This document shows positions 54,677 to 64,000 of a DNA stretch of 64,000 bases, piece by piece; positions within the stretch are counted from its first letter, which is position 1, and each line of letters starts with the position of its first letter. The stretch lies in contig NMRA01000275.1 in assembly GCA_002633005.1 (NCBI GenBank), positions 1-64,000 on the forward strand, given 5' to 3'. Below the pieces are notes generated by a model. The model was not told where the DNA came from and ran no database searches. It worked only from the letters and a program-made list of their open reading frames with translations. The translations under genes were made by a program, and so were the position numbers. Source of the stretch: Phoronis australis. Lineage: Eukaryota > Animalia > Phoronida.

Positions 54677-55374
54677 AAAGATTGTTTCTACAAATAATGT
54701 AAAAATAAATCAGCAGAAACTACAGCCAAGACTTTGATTAGTGACATACAGAATAGTGCCAAAACTTGGAAATATTTGAAAGTTGAAATATGACCATTTT
54801 TTTTTGAGGAGGCACAGAACAGTTCTTACAGGGGTTTGCCTATCAGAACACACGTCAATGGATTCTTCACCCTTTCGTCACTGTCAAAAACTGCATGCAA
54901 ATAAAGAAAAATTTTGAGTCATTTCAAATCACAAGCCCTACAGATGAACACAGAAACTTTATTCTCTCTTGTATTTTTGACCCTTTCACTCCCAGTGAAA
55001 ACCACGCCACACTAAGAACACTGAAGGCAAAAAAATGCTAAATCAGCACTTTCTACCCTATAACCACCAGTTCCTTGCCGATGTTGGACTTAAGCCAACA
55101 TTAGATTCTGAAAACAAATTTCCTACCAATTCCAAAAATGTGGTCCAAAAGTACTGTCAACCACTTTTTTGTAAATCTAGCTTGTAAGAGGGCTACCTGA
55201 AATTGCAGTCAAATTTTCTCAGTTGCTACACAGCAATGCACAATTGCAACAAGGGGCCACCATCTTGAAGAAGAGTGCACTTAAAGCCGGTAAAGTGGCC
55301 TTTTTTCATTCTCAGCATGTCAAACCACATTCACACCCCTTATGAAAAAGCTTCAAGAAATTCTAATCCCGAAA

Positions 55375-55636
55375 GCCAGTGAGAATCTCACTGGATTCCA
55401 GTTAGATTCCAGTGAGAATCTAACTAATTAAGATGCCATTTAAATTAGTGAGAAAAAAATTCTCACTCTAGTGAGAATACAGTGATATTCCAGTTAGAAT
55501 TCAGTGAGAATCTAACTAATTTGCATAGCATTCCCACTCAGTGAGAATTTGTTTTACTGAAATTCTCACTCAATAGGAATGCTATGCAAATTAGTGAGAA
55601 TTTGTGTTAATGAAATTCTCACTGAAAATCTCACTN
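55375..55636. repeat. Fold-back cluster of AGTGAGAAT/ATTCTCACT motifs
   Basis: About ten copies in both orientations; ends at N55637. Confidence 0.75.
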
Positions 55637-56565
55637 ATTTTGCTGCTGACATTAACCACTGGTCACTACTTCATGAATCAGAAAGTGTATGGCCTGATGA
55701 GTGGCGAATTTGTGTGGAAAAGAAATTTTTGTGTCTGACGAAGAATCAACTCCTTGTTTAAAACTCCTTTATCCACAGTTGTTGGATACATTGTTTGAAG
55801 GTAGCTATGGCCTAGACCTTTACAATGGCATGGCATCTATTTGGTGCTACTTATCTTTTAAAGTAAGAAAAAATAAAATTTCACTTGTCTGCCATATATT
55901 GTTTCCTAAATTGGTGAGATTTTACCATAGTCTGTTCATCGTGAACCCGCGTAGATTTGCCCTCCAAAACTTGGTCAAGTTACACCCTCAGTTTGATTTG
56001 TAACTTTCTTCCCGATGACCTCAAGATTCTGTGAACCCAGTAATTTTCCCCGATTTTGGTTTTGAAAGTAATTTTTGTACAGTTTCTTTTAACATGTTTA
56101 TTTGCAGAAAGAAACTTCCACTCTTAGCTCATGTAGAGAAAATTATGCATTTTTGTGCAATATTGTAATTCTTTTTTCCCTTTTTCTTTAATTTGTAGTT
56201 CTTATCATTTGAACACTCACAAATAGTGGGCAACACTACATCATGTGTTTGAGTAATAATCTGTTGTGGACTGCATCAGGTAAGTATCATTTTAGAAGAA
56301 ACTAGTTCCAGACAAAAATGAAAGTACACCTCGACTTGACCGAGTGTGGGTGAAAACCTGTTTAAGTCCAAAGGGTTGCAACTAAAGCAGTGGGAGTTTA
56401 GTTTCATCAGTCATTGAGCCACAGGACTGCAAAGAATTGTAAGCACTAACATGTGGAGGAGTCCACATTTAGTATGATGATGTAGGCTGTATAATTAACT
56501 GATTTTGGTGCAAGCATTTTTAAGTAGACCAATCCATTTTCGTGCTTTAAATATTATTGTACAAC

Positions 56566-57109
56566 TGTAGTAATAGCCGAGATTACCTGACCCGGGGATC
56601 GGAGCAGAGACCCCATAAAACCGGCAAGTGTGCTAACCTTTCAGCTAATAGGCAATTGCCTGTTAGCGAGTAGCTAACAGAGGCTCATATGATTCACCGG
56701 AAGCACATCTACAACATTCCTCCCTTTCCTACGGAACAGGCACGCCACCAGGAAGGTGAACACCAGGATGTCTCCCATACGTAGGTCATCAACGTCCCTT
56801 GGTACCTTTACCACCACAACACAGATGAACACAAGGTATTCTCTCATACTAGACAGATCCTTGACTCCTGCAACCTTCCATGCGTGCCGTCCCATGGTCC
56901 GCGGGTACTAGTTGGCAGTGCTTCATCGGTACATCATCCGTTTGCCGACTACGCCATTTGTAGTAATAGCCGAGATTACCCGACCCGGGGATCGAACCAG
57001 AGACCCCATAAAACCGGCAAGTGTGCTAACCATTCAGCTAATAGGCAACTGCCTGTTAGCGAGTAGCTAACAGAAGCTCATATAATTCTCCCGAAGCACA
57101 TCTACAACA
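56566..57109 (-). mobile_element. Complete TRIM (non-autonomous LTR retrotransposon) with tRNA-like LTRs, Helenus-like
   Basis: Two 151-bp TG…CA LTRs (56959-57109 = 5', 56566-56716 = 3'); 4-bp TSD CAAC; PBS TGGCGTAGTCGGCA (56943-56956) complementary to the tRNA-Ser 3' end; PPT AGGAAAGGGAGGAA (56717-56730). Confidence 0.93.
56989..57040 (-). promoter_or_regulatory. Pol III type-2 A box and B box within the 5' LTR
   Basis: A box TAGCTGAATGGT (57029-57040) and B box GGTTCGATCC (56989-56998) at tRNA-like spacing. Confidence 0.75.
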
Positions 57110-57164
57110 CAACCTTATTTGGTAGCAGTTGGTATGAAGCTGAATAGATTTCATGAAAACAATT

Positions 57165-57470
57165 GATGACTAAACCTCTAATCATGACTAGATCATTAAT
57201 CTGCGACTAGAGCTCTAGTCATTTCATTTGAATAATTGGGACGAGACTAAACCTCTAGTCATAGTCATCACTAGAGCATTAGTCAGACTAGAGCTCTAGT
57301 CACTTAATTTGCATAATTGGGACATATCATATTAAGTCAGGGACTAAGCAGCCTGAAATTTTAGTCACTGACTAGAGCACTAGTCATGACTAGAATAATA
57401 TGCTTTTTAGTCATGACTAAAGGTTTAGTAACATCCCAATTATGCAAATGAACAGACTAAAATATGACTA
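57165..57470. repeat. Fold-back cluster of GACTAGAGC/TAGTCATGACTA palindromes
   Basis: Repeated palindromic units visible directly. Confidence 0.75.
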
Positions 57471-57926
57471 AACCCATTCAAACACATCATTAGAAAAACT
57501 TGTCACATTTTTGTCATGACTAAAATGAATCTTTACATGTGACCACAATATGACTAAAACATGACAAACCTATACGGTATTCTTCTTTCATGCTTAGACA
57601 TTTTGAGACGATGGAGAATCTTATTGAGAGTTATTTGAATGTTTCAACACATAACAATTAAGGCAAATTGGTGACATGAATGTCGCAGAGAATTAATTAA
57701 GAAAACACCACTCCATTAAACAAACACAAAAATGCAGAACATTGCCTACCATATAGCATTTCTTAATCCTGGGATAAGACGTATTTTGTCATGTCAGCAC
57801 TATACCAAAAAACGGAAATTGCATGATGGTATTAAGCACAAACACAATACAGATCAAACATTCTGTTTAAGCCATGCTGTTGAATGAACAGGACGATCGC
57901 CACACAAATGAAGAAGTTCATGATAA

Positions 57927-57963
57927 ATCAATGTTTCGTCTATTCGTTAGACATCATCAGGAT
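57927..57963 (-). ncRNA. Minimal hammerhead motif, best-preserved copy of the family
   Basis: ATC-CTGATGA-T-GTCTA-ACGAA-TAGAC-GAAA-CA-TT-GAT. Confidence 0.65.
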
Positions 57964-58462
57964 ATTTACACAGGACAAGTGCCAACATACATCTCAGGTG
58001 ACATCCATGAAGTGAAGTGAGAGATACAGAGTAGTCAGTAGCTGGTCGTCACCATAGTTGCAGGGTCACTGAGCTCTGCATGTTGTTCAGGGAATCAGTA
58101 GCATGCTGGTTCTGAATGGCCAGTGACTCTTTAATGTACAATTTCACTGCAGATAACACTAACTGAATTGGCTTGGTGATTGTTGTTAACACAATGCCTA
58201 TATATGTTGCTTTTCTCTGAGGTGTGATGTTCTCTCAGCCTGTCACAGAGGCGTCTCTGTGTGAGTATGATATAGAATTCCTTACAGTTGTCACATTCAG
58301 AACCAGCATGCTACTGATTCCCTGAACAACATGCAGAGCTCAGTGACCCTGCAACTATGGTGATGACCAGCTACTGACTACTTGTGCCAGTGAGTGTATC
58401 TCTCACTTCACTTTATGGATGTCACCTGATATGTATGTTGGCACTTGTTGTCCAATGTAAAT

Positions 58463-58499
58463 ATCCTGGTGATGTCTAACGAATAGACGAAATGTTGAT
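58463..58499 (+). ncRNA. Minimal hammerhead motif, mutated core (CTGGTGA)
   Basis: Inverted partner of 57927-57963. Confidence 0.5.
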
Positions 58500-58638
58500 T
58501 TATCATGAACTTCTTCATTTGTGCGGCCAAGAACTGATTTAATTGAATGAACAGGCTTCGCAAATTTCCATATTATCAAAATACAGATACACTACCACAG
58601 ACGTTCCCATTACACAGTTTCTATTGCAAGTCACTTAC

Positions 58639-58697
58639 TTTCAATCTGGTTTCTGTTTTGCTTGCAGACATTTTGACTGCTATTGCTACGTCCACTA
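58639..58697 (-). CDS. Candidate 59-nt exon downstream of the MBT exons
   Basis: ttcacttacAG…GTAAGT; two frames are open. Confidence 0.3.
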
Positions 58698-59304
58698 CTG
58701 TAAGTGAAGCTACTCAAGAGAGGATGCACTAGACACCCCAGGTGATGAGACTATAATTAAAAGGAAGCGAAGGAATTTGTTAACTGCAGTCATGGAAATC
58801 TCAGAGCAAATATTCCACCATTTGGAGCAAAGTCAAACAGACAGCAACTAAATACCTTCACAAACATCACCAAAATACTGGACATTAATTGCAGCACTAA
58901 ATTACAACGCCAGTAAAGTAATACTGTGCTACCTGCAGTTAAATATTACATCAAAACTGAAAATAGAATAAGTGACTTATTCTAGAGCACGGCCAACAAT
59001 GGCATGATTTCTCTTTCCAATTTGATTAAACTAAAGTTTCAGAAGCGGAAAACATTGCTTTCCTTCCAAATTTACAGAACTGTGCCAAATTTTATCAAAC
59101 ACAATCAAACAGCTTGGCTGAGTTTGTCAGCAAATGTTCGACAGAGTTTGAAAAATGTACATTTGTTGTCTAGACTCACCAAAACATCAGATTCTGAAAA
59201 TTCAGCATTTGGTTGTGTTTGCAAACAGAAATAAGCAGAGTTTGCCTGGTTGTAGACCATACTTAGTACTGTAATAAAGAGACAGTCTTGTCGCAGGAAC
59301 ATAC

Positions 59305-59409
59305 CTCCTTGAAGAAACTGTATGGTATTGGCTCAGCATTTACTTCCTTCAAGTATGACTTCCATGTAAAATGCTTTTTATCTTTTAATTCATTCTTGAT
59401 GAAATTGGT
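59305..59409 (-). pseudogene. MBT-repeat exon (HFTWKSYLKEVNAEPIPYSFFKE)
   Basis: tttcaatAG…GTATGT; matches the MBT motif F.W..YL….A..P…F. Confidence 0.8.
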
Positions 59410-59750
59410 CTATTGAAAGTAGACATGACATCCCAAATCATTCTATGCACCAACTGTTATATGGCTGGCTAAATAGGCTGGACCCAAGTTCTTGTTGGTA
59501 CATTGGCCCTAATGCTGTTGGCACACAAAATGACTGAGTGAGTTATGCTAATCCTCCACCTATTTTGCACAAAACATAATACTAAAACAATCATTTTTAT
59601 ATTTTTCAAATATCAACTACACAATGCCATTATTCAAGATAGAACAGTTTTACCAGTTCTAAAGACATACCAGTTGACTTGTCTACTTTGAATTAAAATG
59701 AAACAATTTTAAATTACTCATTTCATCAAGAGTTTACAAACAACATGTAC

Positions 59751-59931
59751 ATTTATTAGGAGGTTGCAGCTCCTTGGTGAGTCTCTTTTGATCCTTGTAT
59801 TCTCTGGTCATAGAATCCATCTAACCAATAGTGTGAATGTCGACATCCTTGAAGGTGGTCCACAAGTGTAGGTGTCCGTCCATCCATTAAAATATATCTA
59901 GATCTTCTCTATTTCTCCCAACTGATGTCCT
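59751..59931 (-). pseudogene. Disabled MBT-repeat exon
   Basis: KDI… / KI*IYFNGWTDTY / WTTFKDVDIHTIG*M…LQPP, equivalent to MBT IHFDGW…DIHPVGW…LQPP; two frameshifts and two TAG stops. Confidence 0.8.
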
Positions 59932-60823
59932 CTGAAATGCGGACATGAAAAACATGAACTTTGGTAATTGTTTTTTACAAAAAAATGTAACTAACAATTA
60001 CTAAAGTTTAGCCCAACTAGCACCAAGAAGCCAGAATTATGCCCACATGCCAAAAATATTACAAGGATATCAATCAATAATAATGTACTAAAAATTTGAT
60101 AGATTGAAAGATTGCACTTGCAGAAGTATGAATGCATATTTTTTAATGTTTGTTACGAAATAGTCAATCCAATAAATACACAGATCCAGAAAGCACCAAG
60201 AGGCATTGTATCCGGGCTAAACAGAACACTACAAAAAAAATCTATATACAATTATACACACAATGTCATACATAAATTGACAAACTGCAATGTATTAAAT
60301 ATAAATGAATATGAACATAAATATATTATTGTCATACACAATAAGTGACTTTACAGTCAAGGTGATGATTTGAAAATAAGCACGTGTATATGATATCAAC
60401 TGACACAAATTAAAACGTGATAAATACATTGATCATAATTATTTTTGACATTTGTCACTTTATTTTGATATCAACCCTTAAGGTTTATTTTTCATTATTC
60501 ATCTCTAGTGATAGTCCCAAGGGTCTACTTTTGTATTCATACATTTCTCTATGGAACACCTCAGATTGGTCACCCATATTTCCTTTAAGTTCAACATGGT
60601 CTACCTCATTCAACCACCTACCTCGTCGTCTACAAGACCTACGTTCGTTCTCTGCATTTTTTCTACATTTTTCTTTTTCTTTTTGACCTTTGACCCCTTA
60701 CTCCATTCGGGTGCAACGTTCTATCACTTTTCGTTCTTCCGATTCACTTCTCTCGTCCTACATCATTTCAAGGTAAGTCTCGGTTTTGATTTTAGCCCTC
60801 CGTTTTTACTCACGTGTTACCTC

Positions 60824-61467
60824 ATGTCGTCCCATGTGCTCATCCTTGGCAGTTCTTACGTACGTTGGCTGGACAACTTCATGTCCGACCATCTCCAGTC
60901 CCGCTACCTCCACAACTACGACTTTCGCCCTTCCCGGGTCACCATTTCGTCCCTGGGCATCTCGGGCGGTACCCTTCTCGCCGGCCCCAAGTCCATCCAA
61001 CCGGCCACTCGTTCTCCTCCCGACCTCGTTTTTCTCCACATTGGCGGGAATAACCTCCACTCCACCTCCATCGACCCCCATGCCTTGGCCTCACACCTCA
61101 TTTCTTTCGCCCGTTTTTTGTTAATTGCCTACACGTCTGTCGTGTCCTAGTAGGGCAGGCGTTTCACCGATTACACGCTGGGAGGCGCTTTCGGTATTGC
61201 CTTCTCGCCTTCAACTCGTCCCTTAAATCTCTCCTGTCCCACCAGCCCCACATTTATTTTTAGATTCACAAGGAAAGTTTCTGGGCTAACCCCAACCACC
61301 TCTACCGCCCGGACGGAGTCCACTTTAACCACTCAGGCCTCCATAAACATGCTTTCAGCATGCGCGTAGCCATCGGTCACCACATACGCCAACTGGGCCC
61401 TATCACCCCTCTAGTCCTAACCCCCATCCCTCACGCCCCTGCCTTCCATACCAGGCATTTACTGTAA
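60824..61467 (+). pseudogene. SGNH/GDSL-hydrolase ORF remnant of probable retroelement origin (Ngaro/DIRS-type or LINE esterase)
   Basis: Blocks ILGSSYVR, GISGGT, LHIGGNNL, RPDGVHFN; intronless, C-rich, with stops and a frameshift; lies in an MBT intron on the opposite strand. Confidence 0.78.
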
Positions 61468-61524
61468 CTGTAATTGGTTTTTGTTATACCCTCGAATTCT
61501 ACCTGACACCTCGTTCTAAGTATT

Positions 61525-61980
61525 CACATTTTGGCGGTTTGCCTACAGGGGGCCTTATAATGCCCTGTTATAATAATCTCTACTTTCAGCAGTGTTTTTT
61601 CGACGAAGTTCTTTGATGACTCATGGTATTATTGATATCTCCATATTCACCTCCTCTCCAATTTCTTCTCTTTTGGCAGTTTGCCCTCTGGGGGCTTATC
61701 CCCTGCCTACAATACATTATTTCGGCGGTTACTTGGAGGTTTTTCTTTCTTAGTATCTGGCTTAAGTAGCCCCTCAGTTATCCCTCTCTCCGACCTCCAG
61801 GGGCTTGTACCCCTTGTTTCTAATCATATTTTATAATATCAAGTTCACTCAGTCCCATTTCGGCGGTTTGCCTGCAGGGGGCCTTACAACATCCTGTTCT
61901 AACCACTACTTTCGGCGGTGTTTCCCCCGACTAGGTTCTGACTTTCCTCTTAGGATTATAATATCCCCTTTATTTCCCAT
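61525..61980 (+). repeat. Three imperfect direct repeats after the SGNH ORF
   Basis: GGCRGTTTGCC…GGGGGC(C)TTA at ~61532, ~61675 and ~61862. Confidence 0.7.
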
Positions 61981-62342
61981 TTTTACTTATGTCCTGTTGC
62001 TGGTTGTCCCCGTCCCAGGGTCGCCACCCTGGTTTTCTCCCCAGTAGTCTACTCAGTATGTTTTTCTTTTCTAGCATGGCACCCAAGAAATCCACCAGAT
62101 CATCAATACACAAATCTTCAAGTCCTTTCGTGCAGCCTCCACCAGAAACAAGGCATGTTTGGTCAGAATTTTTTTTAAAAATTTGGACTCCCAGTTTTGA
62201 AATCGTATTTCAACATCTTAGGGTTGCTTTTTATATATTGTCTGAGGTATCACATATAAGTGATACACCAAGTTATGTAGACTTCGACAAAGATCAAAGG
62301 TTAAACTGAAGATAGACTCAAAAGTAAAAAGTAAAAGTACAC

Positions 62343-62899
62343 CAGCGCTTAACGCTTAAACACCAAGTCACATTTGGCGAAAATCTCAGGTCACCAAAAC
62401 TGAAAATCTCAGCGTAATTAATTCCGAGGTTTCTATCTGGTATATAAAAGTTTGCCAACCAAAAAAGGTCGAATGGCTGTAGCACCACACACTCCTCTGA
62501 TTTCACACATAAAAGTGTATGCGTACCTCAATTCTCTAACTCAAGTCCTCCACATAGAATGCTGACAACCACACAAACTGTTAGTACAAATTTTGCCGAT
62601 CCTGCCCTATTTTTACCGAACAATTTAGACTTCTGTCTGTTTACTTTCTGTTCTACTTTAAGCATGGTGGCAAATGCGTGATTTCACGAAATCAACGGAA
62701 CATTGTGAATCAAAGGTAATAAATCTAGGCAAAGTGTTAGTAATTTAAAGTTTGAAAGTCAACCCAAACTTTAAAAACCAATTTAGAGGGAATTATTGTT
62801 ACTTTGATACTCGTAGTGGTGACACGAAAATTTTTCCCAGGTTACCAAACACACTCTGAGGTTGCATTGACAACCTGGAGGTTGTCAAATCGAGCGCTG
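62343..62899. mobile_element. MITE with CAGCGCT…AGCGCTG ends
   Basis: Short TIR; flanks TACAC/TACAA (imperfect 5-bp TSD); second copy near 40660-41233. Confidence 0.55.
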
Positions 62900-62939
62900 T
62901 ACAAAATGCAAAATTAACCAGAATGGGTATAGTACTTAC

Positions 62940-63028
62940 TGACAGTAGCTACGCAAATCGCACTCGGTGTTTTCTTATCTCTCGCCTCGAGCCGCATCCC
63001 CTTTTCAACAGGAATATTGTATCTCGGT
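62940..63028 (-). pseudogene. MBT-repeat exon (PRYNIPVEKGMRLEARDKKTPSAICVATV)
   Basis: tcttttgcAG…GTAAGT; canonical MBT GMKLEA.D…P..ICVATV; missing from the ORF track because it is short. Confidence 0.88.
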
Positions 63029-63659
63029 CTGCAAAAGATATTACCAATCATTAGGCACTTCTGTTAAAGTTACACAGTTCAGTAATACTATTTGAGAAAG
63101 ATAGAGACCAGTTCAACACCAATGAAGTGCTGCGTGAAAATTGAGTTCACAGAGGCAGACTGACCACTTTCAAAGGGGCCTGGGTCAGGGTATATTTGTG
63201 AGTATAAGGGGCTTCAATCTCACCTTTAACATTACATACAACTTCATACTTCTCAATTATTATCATGAATCAATTTTCAAATAACACGGCTTGTAATTCC
63301 TGCATATGACCTGCCTGTAGTTTGTTTTAGCCTGTCAACAATAGAATACGATCATAGTACAACCGTCCATCAGTCATATCTTGTCTGTGTGACATCATTC
63401 AATCATCAGATAACAAAATATGCAGTGTTGGTCAATGATTTCATGCGAGAATTCTGATGAGTACTTAATTAAAATGTATAATGCACACACGTTAATGTAT
63501 AAGTCTACGCAAACCCTGCACGTAGTCATAAACAAAGATGCTGTTCTAAAAGTTAATCACTTAAAATATGATTTCCAAATTTTTTCAACCGTGTACAAGT
63601 AATTTCCATCAAAAAAGATGACCTGTAAAAATTATTGTCACTTGTGAATACGAACTTAC

Positions 63660-63685
63660 AGGTGATTAATTTTTCCACAGACAAA
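63660..63685 (-). pseudogene. Candidate 26-nt micro-exon upstream of the MBT exon (FVCGKINH)
   Basis: tttctctctaacAG…GTAAGT; its phase-2 end matches the start of 62940-63028. Confidence 0.5.
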
Positions 63686-64000
63686 CTGTTAGAGAGAAAT
63701 GCCATGTTTTACACTGGGTGAATGACCTACTAGAGTGTACATATCGCAAGAGAAATGACACCATGTTGACCTCCAGAGAGACATGTTTGCCCAAAGTGCA
63801 TAAACAATAGACCACACCAGACATACATGGACAATCTTCACCAGAGGTAAATCTTATTACAGCAGCTTCTTTGAACATTAACTGTCAATCAGATATTACT
63901 AAATTAATATGATTAACAATTTCATGTTGTCATGTGGTGAATATCTTGCTGATAGGTGGTTGAAACAACACAATTCGATTTGGATATAATAATGAGTATA

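Larger units (their letters stand above)
43665..55770 (+). repeat. Segmental duplication, copy 2 (lacks the Kolobok; has its own insertions)
   Basis: See copy 1; extra sequence at ~43974-44102, 50900-52985 and 53175-55636. Confidence 0.9.
57893..58542. mobile_element. Short Penelope insertion with inverted pLTRs (same family as 29539-33173)
   Basis: 13-bp TSD TTGAATGAACAGG (57880-57892, 58543-58555); arms ~57899-58115 and ~58297-58527 are inverted; GIY-YIG remnant between them. Confidence 0.88.

Noticed and set aside
56975-57046. tRNA gene
   Set aside because: A and B boxes are present but the acceptor and anticodon stems pair poorly, and the sequence is part of a duplicated LTR.
59751-59931. 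Programmed frameshifting or stop-codon recoding in the MBT exon
   Set aside because: Multiple scattered lesions without slippery sites are more simply explained by decay or sequence error.
60551-60823. N-terminal hydrophobic extension of the SGNH ORF
   Set aside because: Low-complexity pyrimidine-rich sequence; homology begins at the Met at 60824.

Overview
AT-rich animal (invertebrate-type) genomic scaffold containing an assembly gap at 28202-29019. I found no intact protein-coding gene, rRNA, tRNA gene or CRISPR array, and most ORFs in the supplied track are spurious. The window is a dense, nested transposon graveyard. DNA transposons: an IS3EU-type element, 5-bp-TSD hAT-like elements, two TTAA/Kolobok-like elements (one carrying a compact ubiquitin-specific protease fragment, with its empty site visible in a paralogous copy), Tc1/mariner-type elements (one carrying a HIRAN domain), a Harbinger, and Helentron-associated elements with a higher-order tandem array. 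Retroelements: RTEX and RNase H-bearing LINE fragments, Penelope elements with minimal hammerhead motifs, a complete 544-bp TRIM whose LTRs contain a tRNA-like Pol III promoter (Helenus-like), and an SGNH-hydrolase fragment. Host-derived sequence comprises a disabled minus-strand MBT-repeat gene near the right end and a few candidate exons. A ~10-12 kb direct duplication (5.4-15.8 kb vs 43.7-55.8 kb) provides filled/empty-site comparisons. All family assignments come from reading motifs by eye; no database searches were run.
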